A stretch of 30,806 nucleotides of DNA from Octopus sinensis (Eukaryota). Shown piece after piece: positions 1-10,796 of this stretch. Position 1 is the stretch's first letter. Each line of letters opens with the position of its first letter. The position numbers and the translations under genes are program-made. The notes beneath the pieces were generated by a model that did not search any database, was not told the DNA's origin, and saw nothing but the letters and a program-made list of their open reading frames with translations. The DNA is taken from contig NW_021832353.1 of the NCBI RefSeq assembly GCF_006345805.1, positions 1 through 30,806 of the forward strand, read 5' to 3'.

Positions 1-102
1 TCATGATAAAACTCATGAGTCTTGGATGTTGGGGCGGAAAACCCACGCTGCCATCTCTTTCGGTTATCGGGCCTCGAAAAATAATACATTTTAATATATA
101 TA

Positions 103-920
103 CTAGCAGCATAGCCTGGCGTTGCCCGGGTATGTAAGAGCCCCTAGTAGGCAACGACTAATCCAATCTAGTCCTTTCCCCCTAGGGAACGAAGGCGCAT
201 GTGTAGGTTGCAATGTCTTCTCTTCCCTCGAATACTTCTGTGTATACGATGTTCCTAGCTGTCCCTTTGGGCGAAAACATGAAAGCATCATTGGGCCTCC
301 CAAGAGAGTTAAAAAGGTTGAGTTGCGTCCCCTAGACAGTCTGTGGTTTGTGTTTAATGCACAAATTGGTTTGCTATGTGTGCCACATATGATTTAATTA
401 ACCGATTTTTCCAGTAATAAAGTATCCTATTGGAGAAAAAGGGCCATATAGCTCCTTGGAGCAGACATGATGCTCGCTGTGAATTAAAAAAAAAAGTCCT
501 GCCAATATGTGAAAGATATTGTCGAAAATATGTCATCTGAATTTGAACGCGATTTGCCAAAATGGCATGATTTTCGATTTTTTCTGATGGTAAGGTATTG
601 CATGGGAAAACTAACGTCAGAATTAGTTTCTTAGGGTAATAAAGCCTCACACATGAGTTGTGAAAATCGATTGCAAGTTGCGAAAACTACACAGAAATGT
701 GTTGCATATAAGAAGCTTAGATTCTCGACCCATGTCGAATTTATCAATTTTTTTCAGAACTGGGGGAACTTTTCAAAATTTTCGCTGCGTTATTTTTGAA
801 TTATGACATTGGGCTATGTGGTGGTGTCAGTTTCATCAGAATCGGTTGAAAAACAGCCGTGGTCAGGTTAGGGTACAACCTGACATACACACAGACACAC
901 AGACAAACTACCGTTCATAT
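103..920 (-). mobile_element. Non-autonomous Helitron-type element; its 5' end is interrupted by the repeat starting at 921
   Basis: The - strand 3' end reads CCCGGGCAACGCCAGG (imperfect GC hairpin)-ctatgctg-CTAG|T, the canonical Helitron terminus. The opposite end has the cagacacacagacaaactaccgtt...atat block typical of Lep1/HINE-like elements and an 8-bp hairpin gtcaggtt/aacctgac. Confidence 0.6.
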
Positions 921-1412
921 GGAGCTAATAAGCGGACAGCTTTATTCTTATTTTTATAAGAATGCCATATTAGTATGGCGATAACTATTATTTTCCGGGA
1001 ACGGGCTGCCGTTGTTCTCTTTAGAGGACTTAGTAATTTTAATAATTCTATATTGAAAACAAGTGGATGTTTCCACCGAAGCTAGGTAAATAAAACCTTC
1101 GAACAGAGATTGTCAGAAGCGACACCTACTGTCTGGCTACGCTACCATTGAAAAGGGGCAATACTCTCCAAACGCGTCTGTAGCTGCCGGTCAAGTAGTG
1201 GTGGAGCGACTGACCTCCCTTGTTCGAAGGTTATATGGATACAGTTTGTGTATCAAATAGCTAACTTAAGGGATGGCCTCATGAGCTAATAAGCGGACAG
1301 CTTTATTCTTACTTTTAAAGAATGCCATATTAGTATGGCGATAACTATTTTTTCCGGGAACGCTGGCCGTTGTTCTCTTTAGAGAGACTAGTAAATTTTA
1401 ATATTTCTATTA
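921..1412. repeat. Two ~130-bp direct repeats (921-1053, 1282-1412) flanking a ~230-bp GC-richer core; unclassified mini-element
   Basis: gagctaataagcggacagctttattctta...gttgttctctttagag occurs twice with scattered differences. The core holds a perfect 12-bp inverted repeat (1094-1105 / 1221-1232). Confidence 0.85.
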
Positions 1413-1576
1413 TATATATATATGTATGTTTATATATATACATTTATATATATATGTATACATAAATACATCACCACTTATATGTGAGTACATATTTATT
1501 TATATATAATATATATGTATCTATCTGCTTGTCTGTCTGTGTGTCTTCCTATATATTATACAAATGCACACATTAC

Positions 1577-1878
1577 CACTTGGCAACCGATGTTGGAGTG
1601 TTTACCTTCCCGTATCTTAGCTTTTCAGCAGAAGAGACCGATAGAATAGGTACTAGGCTTACAAAGGAGAAGTCCTGGGTTCGATTCCTTCGATTAAAAA
1701 GAAACTCTTTGAGGCGGTGCTCCAGCCTGGCCGCAGTCAAGGGATTGAAACAAGCATAAAATGAATATATGTGTATCACATGCCACCCCATCCAAAAACA
1801 CATCTTGCTTCAGAATCAAAGTGGTGCTCCAGCATGGCAACAGTCAAATGACTGAAACAAGTAAAAGAGTAAAAGAGT
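1577..1878 (+). mobile_element. 3' half of SINE family N (Nin/Deu-domain-like family), with a second copy of the tail at ~1817-1878
   Basis: cacttggcaaccgatgttggagtg...gagaccgatagaataggtactaggcttac...ggtgctccagc(c/a)tggc...gtcaa...gaaacaag, ending in (taaaagag)n. Homologous to - strand copies at 4062-4290 and 13320-13565. Confidence 0.75.
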
Positions 1879-2822
1879 TTCACGTTGCCGATTATTCAAA
1901 CGATCAACAGTCAAACCTCTGTTGTAATAGAATATACAGGCAAAATAGTAGTTTTCAATCCTTTCCCGTTATGATTAGCTCTTAGTACACGTATGTCTTC
2001 GTTTGCGTAACAACTCTTAGAAAATAATTCCCATACATGGAGGCATTCAATCTACTCACATGGAGAAGCCAAAGGAAGTTCCATGTCTTTAGTATCATAT
2101 GTATTAATCACACGTAAGCCATGCTGCATTCATGCTATCGAAGAAAGAAGTGCTTGTATGAATAAATAACGACATTATTCAATCCATAGCAAATACGTAA
2201 TGAAGCAAATATACGATTTCAGCCATTTGTTACGAAGGTTTTACTCAATAAATAGCGATGAAATTGTCTATGGAATTCACCAATTCTTATCTTATATAGA
2301 GATTTACAAAAGGCTACAGAAAAAAAGGTTGACTTCTCCGTCAGAAAACTTCCAATATTGAAGAATTAATAACAAGGAAGAAGCGTGATCTTTATTAGAC
2401 AAGCTGATTTTAAAGTTTTTAATATTATCATCCTTTAAACGTATGATATATTTTGATAAATGTTCAAGCGTTTTTATGGTTACCTGAAAATATATATTTT
2501 TGCAAAACTATTTTTGAGTAGGAATTTTCAATAAACGTTAGCTGGCTTCTTTGTTTCTCTGTTATCTGCAAATGCGATATATAAAGATATAAAAATGCTT
2601 AAGCAAGTATACACTGGAAGAGATAGAGTGACACTTACGCGTGTAGTAACATATGTGTGAAAACGTGTGAAAATAATCGCACAAAAATATGTGGAGCATT
2701 ATATAATAAAGTTTGTGATGTAATTACGTTCTCATTTCAGATAGAAGCACACATTCAGTTTAAAAGTATATGTACATGCATAGATACATTCATGTTGAAT
2801 ATTATAAATGGGTGCGGTTAAA

Positions 2823-3800
2823 GGCGGCGAGCTGACAGATACGTTAACACGCCGAGCGAAATGCTTAGTCTAGCCGTTACTAAATGCTTTCGTCTGCCGC
2901 TACGCCCTGAGTTCAAATTCCGCCGAGGTCGACTTTGCCTTTCATCCTTTCGGAGTCGATTAAATTAAGTACCAGTTACGCACTAGGGTCGATATAATCG
3001 ATTTAATCCGTTTGTCTGTCCTTGTTTGTCCTCTCTGTGTTTAGCCCCTTGTGGGTAGTAAAGACATAAGTATTTCGTCTGCGGTTACGTTCGGAGTTCA
3101 AATTCCGCCGAGGCGGACTTTGCCTTTCATCCTTTCGGGGTCGATTAAATAAGTACCAGTTGCGCACTGGGGTCGATATAATCAACTTAATCCGTTTGTC
3201 TGTCCTTGTTTGTCCTCTCTGTGTTTAGCCCCTTGTGGGTAGTAAATAAATAGGTATTTCGTCTGCCGTTACGTTCTGAGTTCAAATCCCGCCGAGGCCG
3301 ACTTCCCCTGTCATCCTTTCGGGGTCGATTAAATAAGTACCAGTTACGTACTGGGGTCGATATAATCGACTTAATCCGTTTGTCTGTCCTTGTTTGTCCC
3401 CTCTGTGTTTAGCCCCTTGTGGGTAGTAAAGAAATAGGTATTTCGTCTACCGTTACGTTCTGAGTTCAAATTCCGCCGAGGCCGACTTCGCCTTTCATCC
3501 TTTCGGGGTCGATTAAATAAGTACCATGTTGCACTGGGGTCGATCTAATCGACTTAATCCGTTTGTCTGTCCTGTTTGTCCCCTCTGTGTTTAGCCCCTT
3601 GTGGGTAGTAAAGAAATAGGTATTTCGTCTGCCGTTACGTTCTGAGTTCAAATTCCGCCGAGGCCGACTTCGCCTTTCATCCTTTCGGGGTCGATTAAAT
3701 AAGTACCAGTTGCGCACTGGGGTCGATCTAATCGACTTAATCCGTTTGTCTGTCCTTGTTTGTCCCCTCTGTGTTTAGCCCCTTGTGGGTAGTAAATAAA
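2823..3800 (+). mobile_element. tRNA-derived SINE family M: one full head followed by five tandem ~184-bp B-box/body/tail-B units
   Basis: Head ggcggcgagctgacagatacgttaacacgccg (A-box-like). The B-box core gttcaaat recurs at ~2911, 3096, 3280, 3464 and 3646. Each unit ends ...gccccttgtgggtagtaaa(g/t)aaata. Confidence 0.9.
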
Positions 3801-3866
3801 TAATAAATGGCTGCGATACTTGCTACAAAAATAACAAGCACACACACACATGTGCATGTATATATA

Positions 3867-3894
3867 CGTGGTCTGATCAATAAGTATCCGGACT
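3867..3894. mobile_element. Possible orphan Tc1/mariner terminal inverted repeat
   Basis: TA|cgtggtctgatcaataagtatccggact resembles mariner TIRs and follows a TA dinucleotide. No partner TIR or transposase was found. Confidence 0.35.
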
Positions 3895-4061
3895 GTTGTT
3901 ATAGTACCGAAGTTAAAGCACGAAGAGTAGAGCTGCTTGGCACGGATTTCTGCTGCACAGACTATTTGCATTTCCGGAAGGCTAACATACAGGTGCGCCT
4001 TCATTCAGGATTTTTCAGGAAAGGTGGTTCGGAGCGATCTTAGTTGATTTATATTTTTTTT

Positions 4062-4290
4062 ACTATTCTTTTATTTGTTTCAGTCATTTGCCTGCGGCCA
4101 TGCTGGAGCACCGCCTTTAGTCGAGCAAGTAGGATTTATTCTTTATTCTTTGTCAGCCTAGTACTTATTCTATCGGTCTCTTTTGCCGAACCACTAAGTG
4201 ACGGGGATGTAAGAATACCAGCATCGGTTGTCAAGTGATGTTGGGGGAACAAACACAGACACACAAACACACACACACACACACACATAC
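4062..4290 (-). mobile_element. 3' half of SINE family N including its internal (TG)n
   Basis: Reverse complement of the 1577-1767 body (tgctggagcaccgcc, cctagtacttattctatcggtctc, catcggttgtcaagtg). Confidence 0.8.
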
Positions 4291-4299
4291 GTACATACG

Positions 4300-4483
4300 G
4301 ACAAACAAAAGGATTAACTCGATTACATCGACCCCAGTGCTTAACTGATACTTAATTTATTGACCCGAAAAGATGAAAGGCAAAGTCGACCTTGGCGGAA
4401 TTTGAACTCAGAACGTTCAGATATACGAAATACCGCTTAGCATCTCGCCCGGCGTGCTAACGTTTCTGCCAGCTCATCGCCCT
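4300..4483 (-). mobile_element. SINE family M copy (full head plus body, tail truncated)
   Basis: ggaatttgaactcagaacg and cgcccggcgtgctaacgtttctgccagctc are the reverse complement of the B-box and head. Confidence 0.85.
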
Positions 4484-4819
4484 GAGTAATAATCTTTTGT
4501 TACAAATACTATCGAATTTGTTATGCTAAGGAGGTAAATTTCTCCTATGTAATTTAATTATTGATTTAGCTTATGTTGGACCGACAGCAAAGTTCAGCTG
4601 AAGAGTATATCAACTAAATTCTCTTGTCTTCTGCATGTGGAAATTTAAACAGCTTCTGAGTTTATGCTCTATATAAAATTTTGTTTTTAAAACCACCTTT
4701 AAGAAAGCATCAATATTATATTCGGGAAAACATCTCAAATTTTTTTTGTGTTAGCACATTATTTTCACTAACTTATCGATCATATTCCAGTGGTGATGGG
4801 ATAGCTTATGAAGATATTC

Positions 4820-5575
4820 GTTTCAAATCTTGGCACAAGGCCAGAAATTTCGGGTGAGGGACGAAGTCGATTACATGGGCACCAGTATTCAGTTTGTACT
4901 TATTAAATATATTTGCTTCAGAGTTTGGCAGACTGGCAGCAATTTTAGGGGTGGGTGTAAGTCGATTGCAGTGATCCCAGTCCTCAACTGTTATTTGGAT
5001 TATCGACCCCGAAAGGATGCAAAGCGAAGCTGTTGTCTTTCGGTGGTATTTGAACTCAGAACGTAAAGACGGACGAAGTGCCGCTAAGCGATAACGATTC
5101 CTTTCTGCTCATGACACAAGGCTCGGAATTTTGGGGGATAGGGAGGCAATTAGATTGATCCCAGTACGCAACTGGTACTTTACTTATCGACCCCGAAAGG
5201 ATAAAAGGCAAAGATGGCCTCGGCGGAATTTGAACTCAGAACATAGCGATAGGCGAAATACCTATTTCTTTACTACCCACAAGGGGCTAAACACAGAGAG
5301 GACAAACAAAGGGATTAAATCGATTACATCGACTCTAGTGCGTAACTGGTACTTAATTCATCGACCCCGAAAGGACGAAAGGCAAAGTCAACCTCGGCGG
5401 AATTTGAACTCAGAACGTAAAGACAGACGAAATGCCGCTAAGCATTTCGCCTGGAGTGCTAACGTTTCTTATTTCTTTATTACCCACAAGGGGCTAAACA
5501 TAGAGGGGACAAACAAGGACAGATAAAGGGATTAAGTCGATTAGATCGACCCCAGTGTGCTAATGTTTCTACCCT
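4820..5575 (-). mobile_element. Stack of co-oriented SINE family M copies and fragments with tail A and tail B variants
   Basis: Three tttgaactcagaac B-box reverse complements, repeated atcgaccccgaaagga bodies, tail A (cacaaggc...aaattt) near 4835 and 5115, tail B (acccacaaggggctaaaca) near 5276 and 5483. Confidence 0.85.
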
Positions 5576-6589
5576 GATAGCTTCTGAATATAGCACAAGC
5601 TTTCAGCGGAGGATTTATGATAAAGATACGTAATTTTTTAGCCTTGTGTTCTTTTGTTCGCATTGTATTCTGTTTAACCTCTTCTTTCATCGCTTCATTG
5701 ATTCTTAATCATTATTTTGATAAAAATTAATGTTTTAACCTACTCATTACATCCAAGATATCCAACCGTCCAACCATCCGTCCTTCTACCCTACCTTATT
5801 CATTTCTTACTGATTACATACATACAACTTCCCATCTCTCCACAATTACTTTTTATTTATTTATAAAAAATTTTTTAAACACTTCTTAATGGTAGATATA
5901 AACTAAATAGATAACTTTTTTATAATCATGCTGTATTCATCCTCCAGACATTATCACAGCTTTTTATATTATTTATTATAATAGATAACGCCCAATTAAT
6001 TACTTTCACAACGCTTTGTTTACAACTATAATGGATCATACATAGAAATTTCTATAGACTGTCGATGTTGTCCATTTAAGTAGCTGTTTTCTAAATTTAA
6101 TTTAATTTTCGATATTTTTTATTTAATTACAACTTTTGGTCTAGCTCCACCCATATGTATACCGTCCAGTACCTCTCCTATCGTCGTTGTTTGCTGCTGT
6201 CGTTGTTGTTGTTGTTCTTCTTCTAATCTATAGAGAACTTCAATAATATAATATAAATGCTTCCATTTTTGAAACTATAGTTCCGATAAGTTCATAATTA
6301 CATAATGAATAAATAAATAAATAAATAAATAAATAAATGACTAAAATCTTGCAAATTATAAACTGTATCTAAATCAATATAAAATATTTTACCTTTAATC
6401 GCTCTGGTTTCTTTATTTAAATTGTGAATCAATTTGATCTTATTAACAAACACACCCAGCCACACTAATGAATGATACGTACACAGACACAGATACGCAC
6501 GTACACACACATACACACACATACACATACACACACACATCACTATTAGTAAAGTAGATTATTTCTTCACACCTTATAGTTTCTTGTTG

Positions 6590-7150
6590 ACTGATTGGCT
6601 GACATCAACCGTACTCGTCGGTGCATCAGAAATAATGGAAATGGAAGAGCAGTCAAGAGACGGCTTTTGATTGGTTGTGTGATGGCGTTGTGGTTGGTCA
6701 TTTGGCTGCTTGCGTTGTCGATTATATCTGTCTTTTACACAGCTTTTAGGTGTCTCTGCTTTCAGTCTAATCATCTGTGTGGTTGTGTTGCAGATGATAT
6801 AGCTGCACATGTGAAATTAGTTACGTGTCTGGACGACTTAGTAGAAATGTCCTTTACTTTTGTCAGATAAGTGAGTGCTTAGTAGATAAGAGTAGTGTCT
6901 TTGTTACATGTTGGCAAGCTGAAACTATCTCAGGTCTTATATTTAGGATTAGAGTGAAGTGACAGGTGATTTAGAATGACTCTAAAGGATGATATCAGAG
7001 ACTTAAGAGATACTTTAGTATGCTTGTGTTCTGCCAACATTTTCGCATATAATATTTGTATATATTCCATTTCTTTTTAAAGTCTAAAAACTTTGGCGGG
7101 TACTATGGCTTCTTCCAAGAAGTGCTGATAAAATGAGATAATAGGTTGAT
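6590..7150 (-). pseudogene. Possible decayed Penelope-like element fragment
   Basis: One - frame with several stops reads ...KMLAEHKHTKVSLKSLISSFRVILNHLSLHSNP..., loosely like the Penelope ORF N-terminal H-x2-FL-x2-C-x4-IP motif. A degenerate hammerhead-like layout lies at 6597-6632. Confidence 0.25.
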
Positions 7151-8484
7151 GCAGGAGTATTTAGAACTTGCTTTCTGTTTTATATATATATGCACACACA
7201 CACATTCACATACATACACACACGCGCGCACACAAATACACACACGCACATACACATTCTAGATTAATGTTACATTAGTCCTATGTTCAATTCATGGCTG
7301 TTGTCTTCCCCGGGGCCTTGTTTCAGCGTTGGTTCTTTTCGTTATTCATATTGCCATGTTATGTCTTCCTTGCGGTATGTTATGATACTGGAAATCTCGC
7401 CTATATAACTAAAACGTACCCATCTCTTTCTGCTGTTCAAAAACTTCTGACATCTATGTCCAAAATACGTGTAGGCTGAAAGTAAGAAATTATTGGAACG
7501 CATATTTTGAGAGTGGTGGGTTCTACCACATAATATTCCTGCGTCGTAGCAGCAGTCTTTGTCCTGGAGTGAATATTTAATTTTCTTTAGGTAGCGGTTG
7601 CACTATAGTACGCCGCAAATTTGAAGACAATTGCCTGGAGTCAGATATTTCTCTCATGACCCTAGGTACACAAGTTAACGTGGAATCGATGTTATTTAGC
7701 TATGTATTTAACTATCGAACTGACTCCAAGTGTAATTTAAACGTAACGACCAAGAAATTTAATTTTGGCTGGTTGGGTTCGACTGTCTTCATTCACGTAG
7801 AATCACTTGAATGTTGTCGTGAATTGATTCCTGGCTGCGCTTGTACTATGACCGTGAGCAAACTTTGTAAGTATACACCTTGCATTTCTGTATGGGCAGA
7901 ACCTGATAATGAATATATGCCTTTTTACAAAAAAGAAAAAGCTTTGTTGGTTACTTATTTGCAGAAATAGCAAACAACGAAGCAAGTTTTTGCTTTTAGA
8001 GAGAAATAAGTATTTCATGAGGCACATACTGCTGTTATTGTTGTCATTATCTGACCTTGCCGAACATTTATGTGTAACATATGTCCTGAATTTTCGGGAA
8101 TGTGATTTACTATTCTGGCCGAAAACAATAAAACAGGAAAAACAATAAAAATGTAAAAACAGTAAAAGACAGAACAATGCTAACATATACTGTTTTGTTC
8201 TCATTGTCCTGTTCTTGTTACCACTTTCACCCTTCGCAAAAAAAAAAAAAAAATGCCAAATTTAATTTAATTTGCTTTGCGGGAAGGATTGTTTCAGCGA
8301 GGTCGTGTCTTGTCCTTGCCTTCGGGACGTGGAGTATTTGACACAGGGACAAACGAGGAAGAGGAATATTCTTTATGTTGTATGTCTCGTTTCTCTTTGT
8401 TCGAGGAAGGGTGCGTTTCTGTTTTTGTTTTTATATTCTCGTTTCTCGTTGTGTTCAAGGTGTTTTTTTGGTGTCTTCTGACTA

Positions 8485-8561
8485 TATGTACATGTATATA
8501 TACACATATATATATATAGGTATGTACATATATGTATGCATATATGCATATATTTGTATTT

Positions 8562-8647
<86 letters not shown>

Positions 8648-8700
8648 AATACACATATCTATATACTTATATACATATTTGTGTCTGTGTGCGTGTACTG
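8485..8700. repeat. Compound (TA)n/(TACA)n/(CA)n microsatellite
   Basis: Directly visible. Confidence 0.95.
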
Positions 8701-9120
8701 ATATGGACATGCGCTCGCACGCACGTGTTGAAGTGCTGGCGAAACATTTGTCACTTGTAATAATAGAACTTAACAACATTGGGTTTATGAAGTTGTACGA
8801 CACGTAATGAAGTTGTAAGATATTCATTTCGTTATTTATTTAGACATAACAGGAATAAAGGCATCTACTGTTCAACTAAATCAAGAAATATTTCTTCAAG
8901 AGCGATACAAGAGCGATAGAAGACTTAGAGCATCTGTAATTTTTTCATTAAGTTGCTATAAGTACATGTATTGATAATAATTAATTATTTATAATGTGTT
9001 ATTAGCGAATCTTGAAATATGTATATCTATGTTTTTATTGCGCTTTATAACTAAAACTCTGTGCACACTGTCAAGCGAGTGTGTGTGTGTGTGAGTGTTT
9101 GTATGAGCACGTGCATGTAT

Positions 9121-9127
9121 ATCTATA

Positions 9128-9165
<38 letters not shown>

Positions 9166-9166
9166 G

Positions 9167-9232
<66 letters not shown>

Positions 9233-9243
9233 GTTTATCTATC
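9121..9243. repeat. (TATC)n microsatellite, 5' flank of the LINE
   Basis: Directly visible; ends ...tatctatctgtttatctatc. Confidence 0.97.
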
Positions 9244-10796
9244 GGTAATTCGCGAAATGGACATCTATCGAGACCTTTCGACATTGCACGTTCGGTCCGT
9301 CAGGGATGCCCCTCTCGGCGCTTCTATACGTATTGAATCTTGAGCCACTACTGCGGAAGCTGGCGACTCTAAGGGCATCCCACGAGAATTGGGATGCGGG
9401 ACGAGCGTGTCTGCATACGCGGACGACGTCACCGTCATAGTGTCTAGCCACGAGCACATCGAGCTGGTCGGCGAGACACTGAAAAACTACGAAGCGGTTG
9501 ACAGGAGCGAAAATCAACCGGGAAAAGTCAGTGGGCTTGCGACTAGGCACCTGGAGAAGCAAGCCCATGCCGTCCACCAGCGCCTCCGTCGTGGGACGCT
9601 GGACCGGAGGCCCGGTTGAGTTGCTCGGGGTCTGGTTTGGTCCGGACCTCCAAGTGGAGAAGAACTGGAACGAGATAACGAGTAGGGTGGTCACTCTCCC
9701 GGCAATGGGCCGAGAGGAAACTGTCCCTAAAAGGTCGAGCGGAGGTGGCGAACACGTACATCGCGTCCGTCATCTACTATCGCCTGACCGTCGTCGTACC
9801 TTGTCCCCGACCCTACCATCACCAAACTACAACGCATCCTCTTTCGCTTCTTGTGGAAAGGATGCGTCCCGATGGTCAGGCGATCCATTTGCTGTCAACA
9901 CCCGTTAAAAGAGGGCTGGGCATGCCGTGGTTGATGATGCGCAGACACGCGCTGAGACTGCGACATCTCTGGCTCTATGTAGACGACGGTGAACAGGTGT
10001 GGTCGCCGTTTGTGAGGCACGCTTTCCCGCAGCTCGTCTCCATGACCGAACTGCAGTCGTGGATCAAAAAGAGGCCGAGGAAGGGCGAATGGCACCGCGA
10101 GTGTCGCGTTGCTCTCAAGCAACTCTGCCGTCTGGGTCGACCTTAAGTGACTTCAACACAACCAAAGCATTCTATAGGGGTTTAGTGGAGGGGAGGTACG
10201 ACGACGAGCTCGGGGCGAACCTGGACGTCGACGAGGAGTACCTGACCGCCTGTTGGACGACTTTCGGGCCAGGGCCATGGACAACTTCCAGAGATCCCTG
10301 GCCTGGCAGTGCTACCGAGCGAAGCGCTACCCGTTCGGGATAAGCTCTACAGACACGGCTCGAGAAACACGGGGCCGACCTGCCCGAGATGCGGTCAGAG
10401 CGACGAAACCGTTCTGCACGCACTCGTTCAGTGTCCAACAATTTCCGACCTGTGGGCTTATGTCGAACAACTGCTGTCACGTGTGGGACGAGTCGGTTAT
10501 CATGAGTCTATCGTCAATATTGTCACGCCTCCTTCCTTCAAACGGGAAGGAAGAGCTATTTTCATCATCCTTGTGGCTATGGCGAAAGAATGTATCTGGT
10601 GGACGCGTCTGAAAGGATTGGAGACAAACCTTTCCTCTCTGGTCAATCTCTCATCAACTTCTTCAAGTACCACTTGAAAAGGAAAGTGAGAGTAGAGAGG
10701 CAAGTTTTGTCTAGCGAATGTTTTAAAAAAAGATGGGGTGAAGTAGCAAGAATGGCACGTATGAATGACGAAGCCACCTTGAGCATAGTCCTATGA
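9244..10796 (+). pseudogene. Frameshifted ORF2 C-terminal portion: reverse transcriptase (from motif 4), thumb, zf-RVT CCHC knuckle
   Basis: Stitched frames give RSVRQGCP, LEPLLRKL, SAYADDVTV, TGAKINREKS, RKLSLKGRAEV-NTYIASVIYYRLTV, LFRFLWKG, GLGMPWL, LPVRDKL, CPRCGQSDETVLHALVQC (C-x2-C-x8-H-x4-C), with a stop at 10794-10796. Confidence 0.92.

Noticed and set aside
2823-3800. CRISPR-like regular array
   Set aside because: Whole units are near-identical with no unique spacers, and they match a dispersed SINE.
7340-7500. GIY-YIG-like YIGE motif on the - strand (RFSYIGEISSIITYRKE)
   Set aside because: Only four residues match, the upstream GIY/VVY strand is unconvincing, and the frame is short. 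Likely chance.
8280-8340. Hammerhead-like layout on the - strand (cccgaagg...stem...gaaacaatc)
   Set aside because: The core deviates at two invariant positions and no stem I forms.
8294-8827. Long ORFs in the track such as 8294-8827, 10959-11429, 12993-13316, 21477-22088 and 23677-24329
   Set aside because: They are translations of (TA)n, (TATC)n, (TG)n or (TTC)n repeats that lack stops in some frames. There is no evidence of coding function.
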